Below are positions 40,044 through 47,353 of a stretch of 64,000 nucleotides of DNA, piece by piece. Below the pieces are notes generated by a model. The model was not told the origin of the DNA. It saw nothing but the letters and a program-made list of their open reading frames with translations, and ran no database searches. The first letter of the stretch is position 1, and every line of letters starts with the position of its first letter. The position numbers and the translations under genes are program-made. The DNA comes from an uncultured Gemmatimonadales bacterium (GTDB taxonomy: Bacteria; Gemmatimonadota; Gemmatimonadetes; Gemmatimonadales; GWC2-71-9), in NCBI GenBank assembly GCA_963695555.1, contig CAVOGR010000001.1, positions 352,001 to 416,000 of the forward strand, in the 5' to 3' direction.

Positions 40044-42689
40044 CTAGAATGTCGCTGTCACGCGACTCACCACCATGCGGCCGATCGCCGGCGCGCCGAG
40101 GAACTCCACATGCCGGTTGTCAAACAGATTGTACCCGGCAAGATCGAGGACCAGATCTTGGATCCACGGTAATCGATAGCGGATGCTCGCGTCCATGACC
40201 TGGTATGCGTCAACGGTGCCCTGGTACACGCCCGACACAACGGGGAACGACGACACCGCTCGGGCCTGGATACCGAGACTCAGTCCTGCCTGTTTGTGGG
40301 TGTACTGAACCTCGACCGCTCCCTTGGTGGTGGGCCCGTTCAGCAAGTAGTCCGTGAACCGGTTCACCCTGGGGATGGAGTCGTCGCTCACCAGCGACAC
40401 GAAGGCACGTAGCCGAAGGGCGTCGGTGACCCACGACTCCACTGAGAGGTCGGCGCCGTAGAGGGTGGCACTCCCTCCCTGTCGATTGAAGATCAGGATA
40501 TCCGTTGGGTCGGTCGCCTCAACGGGGGAGATCACGCCGGCAGGAATACTGGCGAGCGTCCGCGCCAACGCATCAGCCTGCTCCGAGGACAGGCCCAGGG
40601 AGGCAAGGTAGCGCGCCACGTCGGCACCATCCAAGAATGCGTTTGGGGTTTGCACCCTCGGCGAGCTCACCAAGTTCGAGATGTGTGTTGCGTACAGGTC
40701 GACGGAGATTCGCGTGTGACCGCCGAGCACGCCGGTGTAGCCCAGCTCGACGGTATTGTTGAGTTCCCGCTCGTTGCGTCCGATGTTCTCGGGGGCCTCG
40801 GTCAGCGGATCGAACTGCTCAGTATCGACATTGAGCACGGCGAGTACGGTGCCCACCTGACCGGCGGTCGGGGCCGGCAGGTCCGGAATGCTCGGGTCCT
40901 GGGACTGGACCATGTCGAGCAGTTGATCCCATTGGCGCGTCGCGTCGGCCGGGATGAAGGCTCCTGGTCCTCCCTCTGCCGGAGGCGTGAACGGTGACCG
41001 CATGCATAAGCCGCCGGCGCAGTCTCGCGGGAAGGTGAAGCCGCGGGGACGGCCGACGGCGCGGATGTTGTACGGCAGGGCACCCAACCGACCGGCGAGG
41101 ATGTCCTGAAAGAGATCGCTCGGGTCCGGGGGACTGAACGCCCGGTTGTAGGAGAGCCTGAGCGTGTGCATGGGAGTAGGCGCAAACAGCACCGAGATCC
41201 GGGGAGAGAGCGCGACGTCGTCCAAGAAACTGTGATAGTCGACCCGGCCGGCGGTGACCGCGGTCCATTGGGTGGATAGGCGGGTCGTGGCGTGGACGTA
41301 GGTCCCGACCTCGTTCAGGTTGTCGTTCGATTCGTTGCGCCCGTGAATCGTCCCCGCGGTCCTCGGAATGGTTCGTTGAAAATCGACGCCGTATTGGATC
41401 GTGGTACGGTCGGCAACCTCGCTGGCGTACTTCACTTGTCCGGCGAACGCGCGCGAGTGATCGACGAGGCGGTTCCCGGTTCGGAGCTGGTACGTGTCGC
41501 CCGCCTCGCTCATGTTGAGAAACAGGTTCACGGACAATGGGGCGCGCTCCACGCGGCCTTGCAGGAAGGAATAGGTCCACCCTTTGACTTGCACTGCTCC
41601 AACTTCGCTGGTCAAGTCGATGACATTGACGGCGCGGGCGAGGCCCCCGGTGAGATTCACGGAGGTCGCGAGATCGGGACGCCACTCGAGTCGCGTCTCG
41701 CCGGAGAACCGTGCCACGTAGAAGTCCCGAGCCCCGATCAACAGGGTGTCGGCAGCCGCGCCGGCGTCGAGGGCGTGTTGCCGGTTGGCCTGTTCTACCG
41801 GGTCGCGATACTCCCAATCGTTTCCCCGCGTGTAGTCTGCCGACACCTTGATCCCGACACGCTGGGAGAGCAGGCGGCTGTGTCGGAACGTCCCCTGGAA
41901 CACTGAGCGTTCCCCGGCCGCGGCCGAGAGGCTGGTGCCCTGTGATTCGAAGGGAGACCGGGTCACGATGTGCAGTACCCCGCGGTCTGCGTCGGTCCGT
42001 ACAGCGCCGATCCGGGGCCGCGCATGAGCTCGATCCGCTCGATGTCATTGCTGGTGGTCGCAATGAGGTAGGGAACGTTGAAGCCGAGCGACGGGATCGA
42101 CGCGAACCGGTAGTCCGTGACGGTTCGGAGGGCCTGGGTGTTGGCGCTCCGCGCCCCCGTACCCCGTAGGTGGCCTGAATGATTCCCTTGGAGGAGATGT
42201 CGACGCCCGGGAGCTCCTTCATGTGGTCGGTGGTGGTGAACGTGACCTTTCGTTCGATGTCCTTGCGATCCACGGTGCTGATGGAGGCTTCGGCGGTGAG
42301 CAGCGTGCCCTCGGTCCGAGAATCGGACACCACGAGCGGGTCGAGCGGAGCGCGATTCGCGCCATCACGACGCGTAGCGGGGCTGTAGCCGACCCTACCT
42401 CGACGCCCTCGATCCGTACCGGCCGGTACCCAACGCGGATGACCGCGACCGTCACGGAGCCGTCGGACACGCCGGCAATGCGGAACTCTCCGCGGTGGTT
42501 CGACACCCAGCCAGTGATCCGCGCGGTGTCGCGGAATATCTGAATGGTGGCGCCGGGTAGTGGTTCGCCGGTCAGGGAATCGACGACCTGGCCTCGGAGG
42601 ATGTGGCCTTGAGCCGCCATCGGTCGCGGGACTGACAACACCAGGGTTGTGAGGAACCCCGCCACGAAGCGGGACCGGAGGGGAGCCAT
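40044..42689 (-). CDS. TonB-dependent receptor with carboxypeptidase-regulatory-like N-domain; three 1-bp frameshifts (about 42347, 42152, 41993)
   Basis: GQVVDSLTGEPLPGA; plug DIERIELMRGPGSALYG; barrel ending NLFDN...RVTATF; pieces join across three frames. Confidence 0.85.
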
Positions 42690-42833
42690 TTCATTCCTCC
42701 GAGAGCGGTGTCGCCCCGGGGAATCGCCCGAGTTAGCGGCGGACGATGAGTGCTGCGATCCTGGTCCTGTTTACCAACGCGATACCATGAGAAGCGTGAG
42801 ATTGGTGGGAAACCTTCTTCACAGACTCCGGCG

Positions 42834-42856
42834 CTAGGGATTTCCCTAATCCCTAG
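42834..42856. promoter_or_regulatory. Palindromic candidate operator upstream of the TonB receptor
   Basis: TAGGGA-TT-TCCCTA (42835-42848), extended CTAGGGA...TCCCTAG. Confidence 0.45.
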
Positions 42857-43096
42857 CAGAATTGTTCCGTAGGAATAGGCTGTGTGTTCTGCGATCTCGA
42901 CGACTATGCCTTCGGCCTCATCAACACTTGGAACGGTACTGTCAACCGTACACTGCTTGCTCGTGGGGAGAACGTCGAGCACAGATTCACACGGCCCGAA
43001 ATCCGAGGTGTTCCGACTTCATGGATCGCGCTTTCCGGTCGAGACCGCACACAAGTGAGGATATTTCCTTCAGCTATTGAACTGAAACAGCCGGAG

Positions 43097-43528
43097 TTAG
43101 TCGACTTCATATTGGACACTGCTGACATCATCCATCGAATCTATTGTTAGCGTCATGAACTCCACCCATTTCCGGTAGTGCTTCTTGGAAAGTTCGAATG
43201 GGTGATAGGCCACATGCGATGTCGTAACCCAAACTGGTATCTGCCCTTTCTCATCCGGATACCATACCCATACAAAGGTGCCTGTTGCCTGTACTAGCCA
43301 GGATGAGTCCTCAAAGAAACACGAGCTGTAAATATCATCATGCCCATAGTCTGACTTGCACTCAAATCCCTCATTTGACAAAGCCGTGACGATGCGGTCA
43401 GAGATCAATTCAAGGGCACCATCATTGCCCTTCTCTCCACGGTAGGTCAGCGAGAAAACCTGCCGATCACCGCTGTTACAACTCATAAGCAGGAGAAGGA
43501 GCATCATGGAGCATATGCTTCGCATGAA
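43097..43528 (-). CDS. Low-GC orphan lipoprotein (start uncertain)
   Basis: MRSICSMMLLLLLMSC lipobox; line 43321-43380 is 25/60 G+C versus 39/60 at line 47521-47580. Confidence 0.65.
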   Translation of the reverse strand, partial: FMRSICSMMLLLLLMSCNSGDRQVFSLTYRGEKGNDGALELISDRIVTALSNEGFECKSDYGHDDIYSSCFFEDSSWLVQATGTFVWVWYPDEKGQIPVWVTTSHVAYHPFELSKKHYRKWVEFMTLTIDSMDDVSSVQYEVD

Positions 43529-43625
43529 CATCAGCCATCCTGCGTTCGGCCAATAACATTGCATGGCTATCCTGGCCTGGCCCTCAGAACATTCGGATCT
43601 CCACATAACACCTTACCCTGTGGTA

Positions 43626-43802
43626 GCGAGAACGCTGGGCCAGTCTCATGGGGAACTAACGCTTCTAATGGGCCACGGCAAGGCAGCAGGAGTTTGCGGG
43701 CTGTGAGACGCTTTTGCCGAAATGATCCTGCTGGCTAACGTCAAGCGGCTCGTCCGAAGAGTGGCTGTTGGGAAACGGGCGAGCCGACAGTTGCGACAAT
43801 GA
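43626..43802 (+). pseudogene. Possible IS1182-family transposase C-terminal remnant
   Basis: Frame reads SHGELTLLMGHGKAAGVCGL*DAFAEMILLANVKRLVRR, resembling the GE.K...G...A...GL...N.KRL tail; in-frame stop. Confidence 0.4.
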
Positions 43803-43825
43803 GCGTTGTGGTTGCCCAGAACCCA

Positions 43826-43943
43826 AAGCCCCGCTCGTCGTGACCGACGGCGGGGCTTCTGAGTCGAGTAACGGGCCCGGCGCGACTCGAGCCGAAGGCG
43901 AGCGAGCGGCTTGCGCGCAGCTCAACGCGCGACCTCTTGCTCC
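43826..43943 (-). repeat. att-like copy 1: hairpin + 3' half of tRNA-Arg(CCG) interrupted by a 34-bp insert
   Basis: 43872-43890 = 46742-46760 and 43925-43943 = 46761-46779 exactly; identity stops in the anticodon. Confidence 0.85.
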
Positions 43944-43968
43944 TGAAGGCGAAGACTGACAGCCTCCA

Positions 43969-44169
43969 CTACCCGCAGGGGTGGGTCGGAATCTCGCAGC
44001 AATAGCATCCGTCATCACAAGTGCCCCCGCAGGTGTACGACCCATCGGAATTGCATGCAATGCCCTTGTAAACGGGGTTGGCATCCGCCGCTTGAGATGG
44101 AGACGTGAAGAGCATAGCACCGAAGGCAAGCACCATTGTTGACAATGTCGTCTTGATCCACTTTGACAT
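43969..44169 (-). CDS. Secreted Cys-rich peptide B (66 aa, 7 Cys)
   Basis: AGGAAAGGGTGA RBS region; signal peptide ending SQA; mature ADANPVYKGIACNSDGSYTCGGTCDDGCYCCEIPTHPCG. Confidence 0.8.
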   Translation of the reverse strand: MSKWIKTTLSTMVLAFGAMLFTSPSQAADANPVYKGIACNSDGSYTCGGTCDDGCYCCEIPTHPCG

Positions 44170-44251
44170 GTTGTCTCACCCTTTCCTATAGCTAGTACAT
44201 GGTCTTCGAGAGCGGCTCACCGGTTCCTTCATTGGCACCGTTAGCCGTGTC

Positions 44252-44428
44252 TCAGCAGCATGGCTCGAAGTTGCCGCACCACTTTGTGCAGTTTACTGTG
44301 CCATCAGGATTGCCGTCTCTGAGGTGGAGATCTCTAGCCGTCTCTGCGGAACTGGGAAGGGCCCTGGCACCGACTCCTGCCACGCCAACCACCAACGCTA
44401 TCACTAACCACTTGAGTTTGTTCGGCAT
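44252..44428 (-). CDS. Secreted Cys-rich peptide A (58 aa, 4 Cys; not in the ORF track)
   Basis: GGAGGT RBS then ATG; MPNKLKWLVIALVVGVAGVGARALPSSA-ETARDLHLRDGNPDGTVNCTKWCGNFEPCC*. Confidence 0.8.
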   Translation of the reverse strand: MPNKLKWLVIALVVGVAGVGARALPSSAETARDLHLRDGNPDGTVNCTKWCGNFEPCC

Positions 44429-44524
44429 TCCGCACCTCCATCGAAGATTGGGAACTCTCCAGTTCTTTCACCGAACCGGGGGATGTCGGACCCATGGACC
44501 TAGTTAGCGCGTATGACCGTAACC

Positions 44525-45091
44525 CTACTCGGCCTCGGAGTCCGGTGCTTGCCGTGCTCTGATGTGCTCAATGACTTCCGTCCCGTCCTGCGCGATGACC
44601 GAGTCGACGACTGTGCCCGCCGAATCCAACCCGAAGTACACAAGCAAAGATGGTCGTGCCACATCCGGGAAGGCATTCTCTCCAAGCGCGATAGTCGGTA
44701 GTAGCAGTTTTTCTTCTCGCAAGAATTGGCAGACAGCCGTGGTGTCGGCTGCGGGCACAACCAGTCTTGGGTGGCGTGATCTGATCGAATCATTACCTGC
44801 CATGGTCCGTAGAAGAAATCCGACGTTCTTGCAGCTCAGACAGAGTCTTGTGGTAAGGATGATGACTTCCCTTGCGCTGTCGCTGGATATGTGGTTGGTG
44901 CAAGCTGGCGCCCCTCGTGATTCACGTACTGCGCCTGCCACGAGAGGTATGGCCTCGGCCGATTGCTGCCACTTCTCAACAAAGGACGGCCGGTTCAGGT
45001 CTGCTCGACCCCAACACCCCACTAGCAGCGCCAAGAGAGACATGGCAGGGCATTGCGTCGTCAGGGACGCTCTCAGTTGGTAGGAAGCCAC
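44525..45091 (-). CDS. Lipoprotein with CxxC, putative thioredoxin-like fold (start uncertain)
   Basis: Lipobox LVGC; beta-strand VIILT then CLSC; later RPSLLVYFGLDSAGTVV. Confidence 0.6.
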   Translation of the reverse strand: MASYQLRASLTTQCPAMSLLALLVGCWGRADLNRPSFVEKWQQSAEAIPLVAGAVRESRGAPACTNHISSDSAREVIILTTRLCLSCKNVGFLLRTMAGNDSIRSRHPRLVVPAADTTAVCQFLREEKLLLPTIALGENAFPDVARPSLLVYFGLDSAGTVVDSVIAQDGTEVIEHIRARQAPDSEAE

Positions 45092-46165
45092 TTAGCCCGG
45101 CCGAGTGGATAGGGTTCTTCTAGGCTGTGTTCAGGATCCACCAAGGCAAACAGGACGCCGTCTCGGGCTCTGAGAATGGGGGGCGCACCCTCCAGGACGA
45201 GTTCAGCTTCTCTAGGACGCACCACGACAAGAATCATTGGATCCCCATAGTTGAGTATGCCTTTGACAAAGGGGATGATGACATTCCCGCCGTCAACACT
45301 GATGTTGGCGGCAATGTGGAACGTCTTACTCCATTCGCGGAGCCCTTCCAAACCACGGGGAGGAGTTTCCGGCACCCGAGGGGCTTCGTAGCCCGGGATC
45401 CTCAGATGCACTGAGCGAACACGACCGGTCGCAATGTCTACCATCCAGAGAGAGTCGGAGATGGTCTGGACCACATACGCGGTCTGTCCTTCTGCTCCAA
45501 GCCAGTAGCTCGTCATCGATCGCCATGTGGGATGCTGCGGCTGTTCCGGTGGCTTCATCTGCTCGCGGTCCAGGTAGCCTTCAAGAAGGGCTCCCTGTGC
45601 GTCGAAATGGTAAAGCACATCGTTTCCTCGACCAGACCCCGTGACCAGGTACGTGGCATCATCGAGGACGGCAAACCCCATGATTGGGGAGAAACCATCA
45701 AGGGCTACAGTCCTGAGGTGTCCTCCTAATGTGTCAAAGACTGAAATCCTACTTATCATCGCATCGGCAACGTGCAGGGTCCGATCAGGGCCGAAACGCG
45801 GATACCTCGGTTGGTTGAATTCCCCAGGACCGGCACCCTTTCGTCCTATTACCTTGAGCAATCTGCCATCTGAGGCGTATAGCTTGACGTTACCCTCCGA
45901 CACGTCACCTATCGCAACTCGTCCCTCTGAATCGACATCCATGCCGGACACACGAATGATTGGTGCAGATGGCGGTTGCTCCAGCCTCATCGTATCTACT
46001 GAGTTCGAAATAGTCTGTGAAGGTGCCTGTCTGAGGAACCGATCGTGCGGCCGCCTCCGGTCGCGCACCTTCCGCTTGACATGCAGAGCCAGCCATGATG
46101 GCGAGGCAGCAAGACACAATCACCTGTGTTCTCAAGCAAGACGGTGTGTTCAGACGGGCCCCCAT
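45073..46165 (-). CDS. 6-bladed beta-propeller (NHL/TolB-like) lipoprotein, 1-bp frameshift at about 46000
   Basis: IGRKGAGPGEFNQP, LHVAD...RISVFD.LG blades; N-terminal IVSCCLAIMAGSAC signal in the adjacent frame joins at FEL/VDT. Confidence 0.78.
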
Positions 46166-46694
46166 GGACGACCTCCGAGACCAAACAAGTAAGCCAACGA
46201 TCACACGGCTAAGTGGCGGCAAACAGGATGCGTTCCGCCCATTGAAAGATTAATGAAGTGCTGAGAAGGAATCAGCCTAGGCAGCGGCTCCTGACGATTC
46301 AGCGTGCTTGTTGGTGTGCCCCCGCTCATAGTGAACGGCCCGCAGCATCGTCCATGGTATCGAGGAACGTGGCGTCAGAAGTTGCCCACCAGCAGCAACG
46401 AAGCCACCATGCGTTGCCTTCCTGCCAGCAGAAGCGTCTGGCGGCATCATAGCGCCGGGGGATCAACCGACCCTCAACTAACGCTCAACTAGCCCTCGAT
46501 TCCCTGACCTGCGCCGGAACGAATGACGCAGAGCTGTTCCCAAGGCGCTGAGCGTAATACACCAGCTGCATAGATCCCCGCTTCGTATCGTGGTTGGGGA
46601 GCGGGAAGGTGTGAAGCACTCGAAGGTCGAATCAAGAAGGCCCGGCTTATGACCATAATTGTGACCGCGTAGAATCCGATGCCGCAAAAGGCCG

Positions 46695-46727
46695 AAGCCC
46701 CACACGTCGTAACCGACGGCGGGGCTT
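46695..46727 (-). terminator. Hairpin downstream of tRNA-Arg(CCG)
   Basis: AAGCCCCACACGTC-GTAACC-GACGGCGGGGCTT. Confidence 0.6.
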
Positions 46728-46741
46728 CTAGCTTCCAGCAA

Positions 46742-46815
46742 CGGGCCCGGCGCGACTCGAACGCGCGACCTCTTGCTCCGGAGGCAAGCGCTCTATCCAA
46801 CTGAGCTACGGGCCC
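46742..46815 (-). tRNA. tRNA-Arg(CCG)
   Basis: Cloverleaf GGGCCCG...CTTGC-CTCCGGA-GCAAG...GTTCGAGTC...CGGGCCCG; no encoded CCA. Confidence 0.95.
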
Positions 46816-46821
46816 AAACAT

Positions 46822-46891
46822 CGGCGGTTGGGCGGTTGGGCGGTTCGGCCGCTCCGCTCACTTGCGAACCGCCGAACCCTCGAACCGCCGA
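46822..46891. repeat. Octamer-unit inverted repeat (GGCGGTTG)n / (AACCGCCG)n between tRNAs
   Basis: GGCGGTTGGGCGGTTGGGCGGTTCGG...GAACCGCCGAACCCTCGAACCGCCG. Confidence 0.6.
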
Positions 46892-46930
46892 GTCGCTACT
46901 TCTAATCTCTCCTTGCTTCCTGTCTCACAG

Positions 46931-47004
46931 TCGGGGCGCCGGGATTTGAACCCGGGACCTCCTGCTCCCGAAGCAGGCGCGCTACCGGGCTGCGCTACGC
47001 CCCG
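46931..47004 (-). tRNA. tRNA-Pro(CGG)
   Basis: CGGGGCG...CCTGC-TTCGGGA-GCAGG...GTTCAAATC...CGCCCCGA. Confidence 0.95.
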
Positions 47005-47032
47005 GAAACAATCGACTATCGGCGAAGGCCGA

Positions 47033-47160
47033 GGCTATCGGCTAACGGCTATCAGCTGACTGTCAGTCGGTTTGGCTATTAGCCGCTCCTACCCACTACG
47101 TCCCACATCCTACATCCTACCACCTCACTCCTCACTCCTAAACCACTCACCGCTATGCCT
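47033..47160. repeat. Degenerate heptamer repeats (GGCTATC)n and (CCTACAT/CCTCACT)n
   Basis: GGCTATCGGCTAACGGCTATCAGCT...CCCACATCCTACATCCTACCACCTCACTCCTCACTCCTA. Confidence 0.5.
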
Positions 47161-47174
47161 CTCAGCACATCTCA

Positions 47175-47248
47175 CGCGCCCTGGAGGATTCGAACCCCCA
47201 GCCTCCTGATCCGTAGTCAGACGCTCTATCCAGTTGAGCTAAGGGCGC
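47175..47248 (-). tRNA. tRNA-Arg(ACG)
   Basis: GCGCCCT...TCTGA-CTACGGA-TCAGG...GTTCGAATC...AGGGCGCG. Confidence 0.95.
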
Positions 47249-47353
47249 TTACCTGAAACATACGCCGAGCGCGGTCCGGATGCTGGCCCGGCTCCCGGCT
47301 CAGGGGAGGGGAAATATACTGGACGGACGGGGCGGGGGAACCCCGCACCACAG

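Larger units (their letters stand above)
40027..43825. mobile_element. Distal genomic islet at tRNA-Arg(CCG) (TonB receptor, low-GC lipoprotein, IS remnant); no integrase
   Basis: Bounded by two tRNA-3'-end/hairpin repeats; AT-richer right half. Confidence 0.55.
43944..46694. mobile_element. Proximal genomic islet at tRNA-Arg(CCG) carrying the Cys-rich peptide cassette; no integrase
   Basis: Bounded by the tRNA and its duplicated 3' half; lower GC (e.g. 29/60 at 44101-44160). Confidence 0.7.

Noticed and set aside
42572..43150. ORFs 42572..42982 (-) and 42884..43150 (+)
   Set aside because: They overlap neighbouring genes or promoter and have no motif; probably non-coding or decayed.
43060..43660. 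Integron cassette (TAAC at the lipoprotein stop, GTTATGT upstream)
   Set aside because: No convincing paired L/R boxes forming an attC, and no integron integrase.
43650..43680. LMGH as a tyrosine recombinase box II remnant
   Set aside because: No upstream HxLR or downstream catalytic Tyr; the wider frame fits a transposase tail better.
43872..43943. Functional or intron-containing tRNA gene
   Set aside because: The 5' half (acceptor 5' strand and D arm) is absent.
43969..44428. Classical RiPP precursors (lanthipeptide, ranthipeptide, sactipeptide)
   Set aside because: Leaders are hydrophobic Sec-type signals, and no modifying enzyme or peptidase-transporter is in the window.
46200..46690. 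Third peptide or integrase fragment next to the tRNA
   Set aside because: Short ORFs lack an RBS, a signal peptide, the Cys framework and recombinase motifs.
39964..46779. Repeated hairpins as a CRISPR array
   Set aside because: Copies are kilobases apart, include tRNA sequence, and no cas genes are present.
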